From Candidatus Multivoradales bacterium (lineage in GTDB: Bacteria; Acidobacteriota; Thermoanaerobaculia; Multivoradales; JAHEKO01): a DNA stretch of 64,000 bases. The stretch spans positions 960,001 to 1,024,000 of the forward strand of contig CBDFIJ010000004.1 of NCBI GenBank assembly GCA_965248055.1. The letters are read 5' to 3'. The number at the start of each line of letters is the position of its first letter. The first letter of the stretch is position 1. Shown piece after piece: positions 8,742-18,509 of this stretch. Both the position numbers and the translations under genes were made by a program. The notes beneath the pieces were generated by a model that had not been told where the DNA came from, ran no database searches, and saw nothing but the letters and a program-made list of their open reading frames with translations.

Positions 8742-10280
8742 CTAGTTGTCTTCGCTGGTGTCGTCCAGGATGTCGCTACGCCGCGCCTGAACCACAATTT
8801 CGATGTGCCCGGTCTGCGGGAACAGGTCGAGGAAGGTGATCTCTTCGATCTCGTACTGTTTGAACGACGCCAGATCTCGTGCCAGCGCTGCCGGGTGACA
8901 TGAGACATACGTCAGCCGCGGCACCACCGCCCGTTTGATCGCGCTACGGACATAGGGACTCAAGCCAGAACGCGGTGGATCGACCACCAAACGATCCACT
9001 GCGGGGGGTAAATCGCGCAACCAGGTCTGCACCGCTTGGTTGACCACAGTGACGTTGTCCAAGCCGTTCTTGCGCGCGTTGGTGCGCAAGTAACGACACG
9101 CAATGCGATCGCCTTCAACCGCCAACACTTTGCCGTAGCGCTGGGCCAACGGCAGGGTAAACAGACCCACCCCAGCGTAGAGCTCCACTGCCCGCTCCAT
9201 CCGATCGTCAGAATTCTCTGCGCTTTCCGAGCCGATCACCGCGTCGACCAGGTCTGCCAACAGCCCGCGATGGGTTTGGAAAAAGCATCGGGCGTCAAAT
9301 TCGTAGCTGTAGTCACCGACCTTGGCGGTTACCGGCCCACCAGTACCGCGAATCGTCGCCGGAGCAAAGGTCACGCGGCCTCTGTCGCCAACCGCCAGAT
9401 CGATGCGTCGCCCGAGTTGCCCTTCCAGAGAGCCGGGCAAATGCTGCACCAAAGCCTCCAACTCGGGAACCAGAACCGGGCACTCGCGCACCGGCACCAA
9501 ACGGTCGCTATGACGAGCCCAGTAACCGGATTGCATTGTCGGTTCGTTTGGCTCGCTGATCGTGCCGCTGACCGAGGCGCTAGCCGGGTCTTGCAACTGA
9601 TCCATGGTCGGATCGGTCGACTCGACTGGCTGCTGGTGCAAAGTGGTCCGCAAGCGGTAGTTCCACGACTCACCCCGAACGATCCTCACCTCTTCGGGCA
9701 GCGATCTACCACCGATACGCCGCAGGGTCTCGACCGCAGCTTCGACCTTGGCCTGTACTTGAGCCCGATACTCGAGGTGCTGCAGGTCACAGCCACCACA
9801 GTCGTCGTAATGGGCGCAGCGCGGCCGGATTCGATCCGGCCCGGGCTTGATCACCCGCTGGATAGTGCCGCGCGCGTAGTCCTTCTTCTGCTCAGTGAGT
9901 ACTACTTCAAGAACATCGCCGGGAGCGCTACGAGGAACAAAAATCGGTTTCCCCTCCAGGAAACCGAGCCCATCCCCGCCAGCCACCAATTTGGCGATCG
10001 CGACTTCCCGAATCTCGGCTTCCGCGGTCTCGACTTCCGCAGTCTGGGCGTCTACGGTATCCGCATCGGAGACATCAGCGTCTGAGATATCTGTATCTGG
10101 AGTATCTGTATCTGGGGTATCAGTATCCGGGGTATCCGTGCCCTGAGTACCAGCATCTTCAGGTTGGGTGTCAGAGGGTTCGCTGGCTGTGGACTGGTCG
10201 CCAGCAGCATCAACCTCGGCGGTCCCCTCGGTCTCTAGGCCTACATCTGGTCCCGATGCGGGAAGATCTTGTTTGGCCAT
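8742..10280 (-). CDS. TRAM-domain 23S rRNA (uracil-5)-methyltransferase, RlmD/TrmA family, with acidic N-terminal extension
   Basis: CxHxxxCGGCxxQH, FFQT, ELYAGVG, DPPRSG, YVSCHPAALARD, DLFPQTGHIE. Confidence 0.92.
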   Translation of the reverse strand: MAKQDLPASGPDVGLETEGTAEVDAAGDQSTASEPSDTQPEDAGTQGTDTPDTDTPDTDTPDTDISDADVSDADTVDAQTAEVETAEAEIREVAIAKLVAGGDGLGFLEGKPIFVPRSAPGDVLEVVLTEQKKDYARGTIQRVIKPGPDRIRPRCAHYDDCGGCDLQHLEYRAQVQAKVEAAVETLRRIGGRSLPEEVRIVRGESWNYRLRTTLHQQPVESTDPTMDQLQDPASASVSGTISEPNEPTMQSGYWARHSDRLVPVRECPVLVPELEALVQHLPGSLEGQLGRRIDLAVGDRGRVTFAPATIRGTGGPVTAKVGDYSYEFDARCFFQTHRGLLADLVDAVIGSESAENSDDRMERAVELYAGVGLFTLPLAQRYGKVLAVEGDRIACRYLRTNARKNGLDNVTVVNQAVQTWLRDLPPAVDRLVVDPPRSGLSPYVRSAIKRAVVPRLTYVSCHPAALARDLASFKQYEIEEITFLDLFPQTGHIEIVVQARRSDILDDTSEDN

Positions 10281-10318
10281 TGTTATGCCCAGTCACCAGT
10301 CCGACAAAAGGTCGGCAG

Positions 10319-11383
10319 CTAGATCTCTTGGTATAGCCAGCGGGTCAACGGGGCCAGACGACGATCCACCGAATCGGGGTCGGGGTCGATCAGCCACATA
10401 GCGGCCGCCACCGAGGAGAGCAGCGAGTTGCCGTCCTGCGGGGTAAAACAGAAACCATAAACTTCACGCTTGCGACGCACCAGCAGGGTCGGTGCGACCA
10501 CCACGGTCTGCGACAGGATGCGGCCATAGTAGCCATGGTCTCGTCCGAAGCTGAAGATCAGGTTGGCGTGCTGTTTGTCGGTGGTCGCGACCCGCGGATT
10601 CCCAGCCAGGCGCGAGATCACTTGATCCCGATCAACGTCGTGCGCCATGCGCAAGTTGAACCAGATCGAGTGCATGTACTGGGTATTGATCTTCACCGCA
10701 CTGGAAAACAGGTTGAGATCCATACCCAAGGTTTCGAAAACGCGGTGGGCGTCGCGAGCATGATGAGTACCAAACTCGGGATCATCGTGCCGCCCAACAT
10801 AAGGCGCCGGGATAAAGCTGGAGACTTGCGTGATGTCATTCGCCCGGCGCATGCAAACAAACTGCCCACCTTCGAGGCCGTAATCAGCGGCATCTGGGGC
10901 ACCCACAGTCTTGATCAGGGTCGCAATATTGTGGGTATTGCAGGAGACGATCTGGATATAGCGATCCTCGCCGGGAATCAAAGTCTCGTCGTTGACTCCC
11001 CGGGCATAAGGCTTGCCAAAACCCGCCTCACTGCCCTGCGCGAGAAAGCCCTTGGGGCCACTTATGCGCTCATAGTGCTTCTCTTTGTTGGCGTTGCCGG
11101 CGGGCGTACAATCGATCACCACGGTGGCGCGAGCGATCGCCTCCTCGGACTCCAAGCTCACGGTATGACCCAAGGCTTCAAAGTCCGCTTTGCGGTCAGA
11201 CTCGGTCGCCAGCAGCGCTCCGCGATCCTGCAGATGACGAATCCGCGAACGATCGGAGGCCAGCGGTGTTCGCTTATGAAAGGTCACCTCGTCAATACCT
11301 AGGTATTCACGAAAGTCGGTAAACAATCCGATTAAGGGCTCACCGATGGTGCCGGTTCCGACGATGTGTACGACCGTTTTCAT
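10319..11383 (-). CDS. Type II (archaeal-like) GAPDH-fold NAD(P)-dependent dehydrogenase
   Basis: VGTGTIG Rossmann motif, VIDCTP, AQGSE, IVSCNTH catalytic Cys, RRAND, THHA.D. Confidence 0.7.
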   Translation of the reverse strand: MKTVVHIVGTGTIGEPLIGLFTDFREYLGIDEVTFHKRTPLASDRSRIRHLQDRGALLATESDRKADFEALGHTVSLESEEAIARATVVIDCTPAGNANKEKHYERISGPKGFLAQGSEAGFGKPYARGVNDETLIPGEDRYIQIVSCNTHNIATLIKTVGAPDAADYGLEGGQFVCMRRANDITQVSSFIPAPYVGRHDDPEFGTHHARDAHRVFETLGMDLNLFSSAVKINTQYMHSIWFNLRMAHDVDRDQVISRLAGNPRVATTDKQHANLIFSFGRDHGYYGRILSQTVVVAPTLLVRRKREVYGFCFTPQDGNSLLSSVAAAMWLIDPDPDSVDRRLAPLTRWLYQEI

Positions 11384-11517
11384 ACTTCTACTCCAGAAGC
11401 TAGTTGCGGGGTTTTCTTGGTGGATCTAGGCGCCCGAATCGCTGTCGGATGCAACTGCAGTTTATCACAAGGAAAGAGCACCAATAAACGCCAGGGTGAG
11501 CCTTTTCGAGCCGCTAA

Positions 11518-11724
11518 CTAGCCTTCCCACTCAGGGTCTCGCTGAGCAAACTCATCCAACTGTTTGGGCACTTCGATAAGGGTTCGGGTGACGTTCGGGT
11601 CGCAGGTATCGTTCTCGCACTCATAGCTGTAAACGTTCGCTTCCTCTTGGAGCGCGTATCCGGACAAGGTTTGATAGGTGTTGCAGTTGCCACATTTGAC
11701 GGAGACATTGCGGATGTTGATCAT
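11518..11724 (-). CDS. Small Zn-ribbon-like hypothetical protein
   Basis: CGNC...CENDTC, 68 aa, co-oriented with neighbours. Confidence 0.6.
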   Translation of the reverse strand: MINIRNVSVKCGNCNTYQTLSGYALQEEANVYSYECENDTCDPNVTRTLIEVPKQLDEFAQRDPEWEG

Positions 11725-11791
11725 CGGTGGATTCTAGCCTCAAAAAAAATCGTTGATCACGGCGACCAGAGTGTCCATCGAGCAACAAGCG

Positions 11792-12322
11792 CTAGCTCAA
11801 CTGCAACGCCGCCGCGATCTCTTTGCGCAGCGCCCCTTTCGAGGTCACTCCGAAACGCAGAAACTCGATATCCCCTTCTTTACCAACGATCATCAAGGTT
11901 GGCAAACCGATGATCTCCAAGGCATTGGCCAGCCTCTCACTTTGATCCAGCCACACTGGATAGCTGATTTCACTACGCTGCAGGAACTGCCCGACCTTTT
12001 CTGGGGATTCCCCCAAATCGACCGCGACAAACTCCACTGGCTGATCAGCGTATTCAGGCAGGAGCTCCTCGAGGATCTTCGACTGGGCGCGGCAGGGCGC
12101 ACACCAAGTGGCCCAAAAGTCGACCAGCACCACCCTCCCGGAGAAATCGGTAAGCCGCACCTCTTCGCCTTCCAGGGTTGTCAAAGCGATCGACAGGGCA
12201 TCCGCAGATGGGTACTCCTGGGGCGACACGGTTCCACCACAGCCGACAACCAACCCTGAGGTGATCACCACCAGCGCCAAATATGCCGATCGTGAGGTTG
12301 TCCAATTAAGTTGCTTGCTCAA
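11792..12322 (-). CDS. TlpA/ResA family thiol-disulfide reductase lipoprotein
   Basis: [16 protein letters not shown]; lipobox-like VVGC. Confidence 0.9.
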   Translation of the reverse strand: MSKQLNWTTSRSAYLALVVITSGLVVGCGGTVSPQEYPSADALSIALTTLEGEEVRLTDFSGRVVLVDFWATWCAPCRAQSKILEELLPEYADQPVEFVAVDLGESPEKVGQFLQRSEISYPVWLDQSERLANALEIIGLPTLMIVGKEGDIEFLRFGVTSKGALRKEIAAALQLS

Positions 12323-12348
12323 CCAACTTACTCCTTGCGCTGCATTCC

Positions 12349-13047
12349 CTAGCTAGCCCCGACAAAGGCAAATCCACGCTGACGGTGCCACGCATGGGGG
12401 TCTTCAAAATAACGATCAATTTCTTCTACCGTCCCGGTTTCGAGTAGACCGAGTTCAATTCCTGAGGCCAGAGCCGTCGCCCGACCGACCAACGGGTGGA
12501 GGGTCACACCACGCTCAACCAGAAGCTTGCCGCCACCTTGTTCTCGATCGAACAAAACCAGGACATCTTCGACCACTGTCTTGACCGAATGCAGTGCGTC
12601 AAGAAACGGTAACTTCGAACCACCATCGGTGATCAAGTCTTCGACCAACAACACCCGCCATCCTTCGGTCACCTTGCCTTCGACCTGCGAATCGGTGCCG
12701 TAGCCCTTGGACGACTTACGCACGTAGAGCAGGGGCCGGTTCAAGTCTACGGCCAAGTAGGAACCGTACGGGATGCCCGCGGTCGCCCCACCGGCTACCG
12801 CATCAAAGCGCACGCTAGCCAGCGCGGAGCGCGCGGCGGCGGTGAACAGTCGCATGAAGTTCGGCGAGGAAATGACGGTTCGGCAATTGATGTAGATCGG
12901 ACTTCGGTTGCCCGAAGCCAGGGTGAACGGTTGGTCGACGTCGACCCGAATTGCTCCATGGCTCCACAACGCACGAGTCAATGCGGTCTCAATCGGTTCG
13001 CCATGGGCTAGAGCCTGACTGGAAATTGGATTCGAAGAGTCACTCAT
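12349..13047 (-). CDS. pyrE: Orotate phosphoribosyltransferase
   Basis: [41 protein letters not shown]; start uncertain. Confidence 0.9.
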   Translation of the reverse strand: MSDSSNPISSQALAHGEPIETALTRALWSHGAIRVDVDQPFTLASGNRSPIYINCRTVISSPNFMRLFTAAARSALASVRFDAVAGGATAGIPYGSYLAVDLNRPLLYVRKSSKGYGTDSQVEGKVTEGWRVLLVEDLITDGGSKLPFLDALHSVKTVVEDVLVLFDREQGGGKLLVERGVTLHPLVGRATALASGIELGLLETGTVEEIDRYFEDPHAWHRQRGFAFVGAS

Positions 13048-13157
13048 AGGTCCATTCTCGACAGCGTTCATTATCGACAGCGCATTATGGCATCGTGCAA
13101 CACCAACCGGCCGAGGGATGTTGTCCTCTTCTCGGGCAGCTCTGCTAACGTCGTGCG

Positions 13158-13925
13158 GTGGCAACTTGGGTTATTGGCGACGTGCATGGCTGCTACAAGC
13201 CGCTCAAGAAACTGGTGCGTCGACTCGAACTGAAACCACACAAAGACACCCTGTGGATGACGGGAGATTTGGTCAACCGGGGCCCCAAGTCGGACCGAGT
13301 ACTACGCTGGTCTATCCAGCGCGAACAGCAGTTAGGGGATCGATTTCAAGTGGTCTTAGGCAACCATGACCTGCACGCACTGGCGGTTCACTACGGGGTC
13401 CGACGCGCCAGACAGGGAGACACCCTAAAGGTGTTGATGAAGGCTGACGACCGCAAATCGCTGATGGATTGGCTTGTCCGTCGACCGTTTCTGGTTCGCC
13501 AGGGAAAACAAGTCCTGGTCCACGCCGGCTTGCTGCCGGAATGGACACCGAAAAAGGCGGAGCGGATCGCCAGCCAACTCAGCGGGCGGTTGATCGCCAA
13601 CCCCAAGGCATTCCTCAAGGGCAATAAGCTCGGGGATCGCCAGAAAGACGCCCTGGCAGCGTTGACCCGCCTGCGGACTCTCAACAAAGCTGATCGACCC
13701 GGCCGCTACAGCGGACCTCTGGACAAGCTACCCAAGGGACTGACGCCATGGTTTCGCCATCCCGAACGAAGAAGCGCCAAAGCTCGTATCTTGTGCGGCC
13801 ACTGGGCGGCCCTCGGGCTGCATCAAGAGGCAAATGTCAGCGCACTCGACACCGGTTGCGTCTGGGGTGGAACCCTGACTGCCATCAGGCTGTCGGACGG
13901 CAAGATCATCCAAGAGCCTCGCTAG
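13158..13925 (+). CDS. apaH: Symmetrical bis(5'-nucleosyl)-tetraphosphatase
   Basis: IGDVHGC, GDLVNRGP, LGNHDLH, VHAG, GHWAALG, LDTGCVWGG. Confidence 0.93.
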   Translation: MATWVIGDVHGCYKPLKKLVRRLELKPHKDTLWMTGDLVNRGPKSDRVLRWSIQREQQLGDRFQVVLGNHDLHALAVHYGVRRARQGDTLKVLMKADDRKSLMDWLVRRPFLVRQGKQVLVHAGLLPEWTPKKAERIASQLSGRLIANPKAFLKGNKLGDRQKDALAALTRLRTLNKADRPGRYSGPLDKLPKGLTPWFRHPERRSAKARILCGHWAALGLHQEANVSALDTGCVWGGTLTAIRLSDGKIIQEPR

Positions 13926-13993
13926 CAACCGGCGGAGGTTGTCAAGGTATCGGAGGGCTTTCAGTCAGGCTGGCGCATGCTACCGTTTGGGTC

Positions 13994-16813
13994 ATGAAAA
14001 TCCGACTTGCAGTTCTCACCACCGTTCTTGTCTTGGGTTGCCGCACGGGGGCTCCGGTAGCCGACTCATCGGCGGACCACCCGGAGCAATCGCGGTTTGG
14101 CACTTTGCAGTTTGTCGGCGCGATAGCGCCTTCCAGCGCGCTGGAAAACGCCAAGATCGGTGGACTCTCGGGGATTGTGTGGGACGGCCAACGAAGTCTG
14201 CTACTGGCGATCTCCGACGATCCTGGCACCCATGGCGACCCGAGATTTATTGAGTTCGAGCTGCAATTGCCTTCGGACCAACAGGCTGGGTCTTGGACCG
14301 CAAGCCGCGCCGTGACGCTATCCACATCGGACGGCGAGTCTTTTGTCCACGACACGATTGACGCTGAGAGTATCGACTTGTTCGGTGAAGGGTTGGTCAT
14401 TACCTCGGAAGGGGGCAAGCAGGGCCAACCCTTTGTCCGCACCTTCGACCTAGAAGGCAACCAGATCGAGGTTGTATCCATGCCCAGCTACATGCTGTAT
14501 GGCGAAGACGTTGGCGCTAGACCCAATATGGCGATTGAATCCGTTAGCGCGTTGCCCAACGGAACTCTGTTCGCCGGGTTTGAGAACGCGCTAGTTCAAG
14601 ACGGGCCAGCAGCTTCGGTCGATCAACCCAGCCCAGCAAGAATCTTGCGTTGGCAGGGTAAGGGTGCGGCTGAGTTTGTCTATCCGACCGACCCAGTGGT
14701 CGACGCCCCCCTGCAAGAGGGAGGGTTCCACACCAACGGACTGGTGGAGCTACTTGCCCTCGATGACCAACATTTGCTGGCGCTCGAGCGATCCTACACA
14801 GCCGGTTTTCTGGTTCACGTGCGTCTTTATTCGGTCGATCTTTCTCAGGCTACCGACGTCTCCGCCACCAGTTCCATCGGGGACTCGTATCAGCCGGCAG
14901 CAAAAACACTGCTCGCCGACTTAGACGACCTGGGCTTCAACGTTGACAATCTGGAGGGGCTTGCGTGGGGGCCGACGATGGCCGATGGCCGCAAGAGCCT
15001 GCTGATGGTGTCGGATGACAACTTCAGCCCGTTGCAACGCACCCACCTCTTGGTCTTCGCAGTGGGCGAAAAGACACCGACCATCAGCCAAATCCAAAGC
15101 GCAGGTCACAGGTCTCCCTTTGAAGACCAATGGCTGTTTGATGTTGCAGGCACCGTCACCCAGGCAGTCGAAATCGCGGAACGACCCGGGCTGGCGTGGA
15201 TCCAAACCAGCGGAGACCAGGACCTGAATACCTCCGACGGCCTGCGCATCCGCTATGACTGGAGCGACGTTTCGCTGCGTCCCGGCGATTCGATCGTCGT
15301 CAGTGGCCAACTCAGAGAAGAAGGTCGAGAGGGCGAGCTCTCGGTGACCACCTTGACCGCCAACACAGTGATGGTCACTGGAACCGACGACATTCCTGCC
15401 GCAGTCTCTCTGGACCCACAAGTCGAGCTAGCCAGCGCCGCGACTAGACCGTTTGGTGATCTGCCCTTGGACGATGACGCAATGAACACGTTCAGCCCAG
15501 AGCAAAGCTCTGTCGACCTTCTAGAGTCGCTGGAAGGGATGCGGGTCACTATCTCGGAATCCACTTCGGTCTCTGGGACTTCTCGATTCGGAGAAATCGT
15601 ACTGTCGCCCGGTGGGGCGAACGGGGTGCGATCGCAGGCTGGCGGTGTCGTCTTGACCCCAGAATCTTTTAACTCACAGCGACTGGTCGCGGTGAGCGTT
15701 GGTGCGACGCAGTCGCCGACGGTCAAAGTGGGAGATTACTTTGAGCGGCCGATCACCGGCGTGCTGGACTACAGCTTCGCCAACTTCCGGCTCCGAGTCG
15801 AAGACTGGCCCACACCAACATTAAGAGTGCTTTCCGAACCACAACCTCTGTGGGACATCTACGACGACGACTTCACTTTTGCCACCTACAACGTCCTCAA
15901 CCTAGATCCTGAGGACGGCGAACAATTTGACCAAGTCGCTATTTCGATCGTCGATCAACTGTTGTCCCCGGACGTTTTGGCGCTGCAGGAAATCCAAGAC
16001 GACAATGGGGCAAACGACGAAGGAGTCACCTCGGCCAATCTGACCCTGACGATGCTGATTGAGGCGATCCAGATTGCTGGAGGTCCCGACTACGCCTACG
16101 CCCAAATCGACCCGCTGCACAACGCCGAAGGTGGTCAGCCGTTCGGCAATATTCGCAACGTCTATCTCTATCAACCAGATCGGGTTCAGCTGATCAAGGA
16201 CGGTCATGCTGACTCAGATACCTCTATTATGGTGGCACCCGACGGGGGATTCGACCCAAGCCCGGGACGGGTGGCGGTTGAAGATCCGGGATTTGCCGGA
16301 GATCTTAATCGGGGCTGGGAAGCCAATCGCCCCTGTTTGGCGGCAGAATTCTTGGTGTCGGGTGACCGATGGCAGTTCATCAACTGCCACCTCAAGTCGA
16401 AACGCGGTGACGATCGCCTATTTGGCTCCAACCAGCCACCAGTTTTTCATACCGAAGGTCAGCGCAGCGCGCAGACTCAATCACTGGCATCAGTCGCTGA
16501 GGAAGTGCTACTAGCCAACCCGGAGGCCAGACTGGTGGTATTGGGCGACACCAACGAGCACGATTTCCGCGCTCCGATTGCGGAACTCACTTCCGTTGGG
16601 TTGGAAAACCTAGTTGAGCGGATACCGCAGGCCGAGCGCTACAGCTACAACTTCAACGGCAACTCGCAGCTTCTGGATAATGTCCTGGTCAGCCCGGCGG
16701 TCGTCGAATGCTCGCCCGAAGTCGCCATAGCCCACATCAACGTCGACTTTCCCGACGCCGGACGAGCCAGCGACCATGACCCGATCGCAGTGCGTGTTCC
16801 GTCCTGTGATTAG
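13994..16813 (+). CDS. Lipoprotein fusing a phytase-like esterase domain to an OB/ExeM-like region and an endonuclease/exonuclease/phosphatase domain
   Basis: GGLSG, AISDD, LALERS, NLEGL, VSDDNF (phytase-like); TYNVLN, ALQEIQDD, HLKSK, GDTN, LDN, SDHDP (EEP); lipobox LGC. Confidence 0.85.
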   Translation: MKIRLAVLTTVLVLGCRTGAPVADSSADHPEQSRFGTLQFVGAIAPSSALENAKIGGLSGIVWDGQRSLLLAISDDPGTHGDPRFIEFELQLPSDQQAGSWTASRAVTLSTSDGESFVHDTIDAESIDLFGEGLVITSEGGKQGQPFVRTFDLEGNQIEVVSMPSYMLYGEDVGARPNMAIESVSALPNGTLFAGFENALVQDGPAASVDQPSPARILRWQGKGAAEFVYPTDPVVDAPLQEGGFHTNGLVELLALDDQHLLALERSYTAGFLVHVRLYSVDLSQATDVSATSSIGDSYQPAAKTLLADLDDLGFNVDNLEGLAWGPTMADGRKSLLMVSDDNFSPLQRTHLLVFAVGEKTPTISQIQSAGHRSPFEDQWLFDVAGTVTQAVEIAERPGLAWIQTSGDQDLNTSDGLRIRYDWSDVSLRPGDSIVVSGQLREEGREGELSVTTLTANTVMVTGTDDIPAAVSLDPQVELASAATRPFGDLPLDDDAMNTFSPEQSSVDLLESLEGMRVTISESTSVSGTSRFGEIVLSPGGANGVRSQAGGVVLTPESFNSQRLVAVSVGATQSPTVKVGDYFERPITGVLDYSFANFRLRVEDWPTPTLRVLSEPQPLWDIYDDDFTFATYNVLNLDPEDGEQFDQVAISIVDQLLSPDVLALQEIQDDNGANDEGVTSANLTLTMLIEAIQIAGGPDYAYAQIDPLHNAEGGQPFGNIRNVYLYQPDRVQLIKDGHADSDTSIMVAPDGGFDPSPGRVAVEDPGFAGDLNRGWEANRPCLAAEFLVSGDRWQFINCHLKSKRGDDRLFGSNQPPVFHTEGQRSAQTQSLASVAEEVLLANPEARLVVLGDTNEHDFRAPIAELTSVGLENLVERIPQAERYSYNFNGNSQLLDNVLVSPAVVECSPEVAIAHINVDFPDAGRASDHDPIAVRVPSCD

Positions 16814-16917
16814 GGTTTATCAGGGTCGGGGTGAGGCCACGCCAGCGTACTGAGGCCATAGACGGCGTCCGGCTCGCTCGGAACCAGGATCAAAAAGAGC
16901 CGACACTGCAATTTGCG

Positions 16918-17088
16918 CTAGAAGGGTTCAACCTCAACATACAAGCTAATTTGCACCTTACCGACGCGTGAAGGAGGCGGCTGATAACCACCTTCGACCG
17001 CGGTAGCTATGTTGGGTTGCTCTGGCCGGGGTGGCACGCCCGCAGTGTCACGCAGAGCTTCACATAAGATCTGCTTGCTTCTTGCCAT
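16918..17088 (-). pseudogene. Possible truncated ribbon-helix-helix (ParG-like) small protein remnant
   Basis: 56-aa ORF MARSKQ...YQPPPSRVGKVQISLYVEVEPF* followed in frame by RKLQ; resembles the start of an RHH fold. Confidence 0.3.
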
Positions 17089-17199
17089 TGTGTTTCGCCC
17101 TTATTTTTCCCGGGAGTGACAATGCTCCATGCTGCGATGATGGAACATTTAAAGGGAGCCTTGCCGTGGCTGTCAGCGCTGCTCAAGTTGTTTGGGTTG

Positions 17200-18195
17200 C
17201 TAGACGATGAGTGGGAGGTCGTCGGCTAGCGAGCGGCCGTCCTCGTCGGCGATGCGGTAGCAGGGCGGGAACGGCGAGTTTCGAACCTGGTGGGCCTGGC
17301 CGGAGTGGTAGACCTCCGAGAAGGTCTGCTCGCCGACGTTTCCCATCACCGTGTAGTCCTTGGCGATGTCGCACCCCAGGACGTTGAGCTTGGAGTCGAT
17401 CTGTAGGTGCGATAGGCCCGCCGAGCAGGAGGCGCAGTCGAAGCTCGCCGTCTCCTCCATCGAGAATTCCGCCCTTGCGACGGCCTGCCCCCGCGACCTC
17501 AGTTGGACGCGCAAGGACGGCAGGAGCAAGTCCGGTGGAAAGCGCTTCGCGTACTCCCCCAGGTGGGTCCAGAAGTCGTCGGCGTCGTCCTCGTCGAGGA
17601 GCAGCTCCGGGTGAAGCAACGCCTGTTCAGTCCGTTGCACATTCAGAAAATGGAACCGCTTCACCCGCGGATAGAACGCGTCGATCATCAAGTGGACCTT
17701 CGACAGGTTCAGCTTGTGGACGACGCAGGCCAGTTGCAGGTCGATGCTCGATGCGGCAACGCGTTCGATGGTTGCCACGGCGCGGTCCGTCTCGCCCCGC
17801 ACCACGTTGTTGACTTCGGGATCAGGCGAATCGAGCGAGATCTGCAACATGAAATTCGTCAAATCGGTGTTCTCTTCGAGGACGCGGATCATGTCCGGGT
17901 CGATGGCCACGCCGTTCGACAGGACACCGACCCGGATGCCTCGTCGAGTACCGTGGAGGATGAGTTCTAGGATGTCGGGATGGAGGAACGGCTCACCACC
18001 GGCCAGGGTGATGTTGAACACCCCGATGTCCGCCATCTCGTCGATCAGCTCCAGAGCGCGTCGGGTGCCGATGCGGCGCCCTGAAAAGGGCATGGCGTAG
18101 CAGTATTTGCAGGCCAGGTCACAGTAGTCGGTGATCCACATACACACCGTAAACGGTGCGCGCAGGGGTGACCGGGTCTCTGGGACTTTCATCAT
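17200..18195 (-). CDS. Radical SAM peptide maturase (PqqE/MftC/SkfB-like) with short Twitch/SPASM-like C-terminus
   Basis: CDLACKYC, AGGEPFL, LSNG, QISLDS; C-terminal CASCSAG..GCD..GNV..PC; GAGGAG RBS. Confidence 0.9.
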   Translation of the reverse strand: MMKVPETRSPLRAPFTVCMWITDYCDLACKYCYAMPFSGRRIGTRRALELIDEMADIGVFNITLAGGEPFLHPDILELILHGTRRGIRVGVLSNGVAIDPDMIRVLEENTDLTNFMLQISLDSPDPEVNNVVRGETDRAVATIERVAASSIDLQLACVVHKLNLSKVHLMIDAFYPRVKRFHFLNVQRTEQALLHPELLLDEDDADDFWTHLGEYAKRFPPDLLLPSLRVQLRSRGQAVARAEFSMEETASFDCASCSAGLSHLQIDSKLNVLGCDIAKDYTVMGNVGEQTFSEVYHSGQAHQVRNSPFPPCYRIADEDGRSLADDLPLIV

Positions 18196-18227
18196 GCTCT
18201 CCTCAAGCGGCTGGTTGGAAATCGACG

Positions 18228-18488
18228 CTAGGTGCCTTCCGGGCTCAGCGTGGGCAAAATCGACTGCTCGTGCAGGTAGTCCACGAACCTCTTGACGTCC
18301 TTTGCGCGGAAGTCGGTCGACCTGAAGCTGCGAAGATCCTGCTTGCGATCTCGGTACGCAGCCCGCAAGTCATTAAACAGCCGGAAGCCGGATTCGTTTA
18401 CTCTATATACCGTGTCTGACACGGTGTCGTACAGGATGCCTCCGAAGTCCTCTTCCCTGGTTTTGATGTTTTCGAACGGTTCGGCCAA
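18228..18488 (-). CDS. Stand-alone PqqD/MftB-like RiPP recognition element (RRE)
   Basis: 86 aa; REEDFGGILYD...VYRVNESG...DVKRFVDYLHEQSIL pattern; lies between precursor and radical SAM gene. Confidence 0.8.
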   Translation of the reverse strand: MAEPFENIKTREEDFGGILYDTVSDTVYRVNESGFRLFNDLRAAYRDRKQDLRSFRSTDFRAKDVKRFVDYLHEQSILPTLSPEGT

Positions 18489-18509
18489 ACTGGCCGCGAG
18501 GACAGACTC

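Noticed and set aside
9036-10085. 349-aa plus-strand ORF
   Set aside because: Antisense to the RNA methyltransferase; typical high-GC shadow ORF.
17200-18488. PQQ or mycofactocin biosynthesis
   Set aside because: No PqqA (ExxxY) or MftA (IDGxCGVY) peptide and no pqqBC or mftDEF genes nearby.
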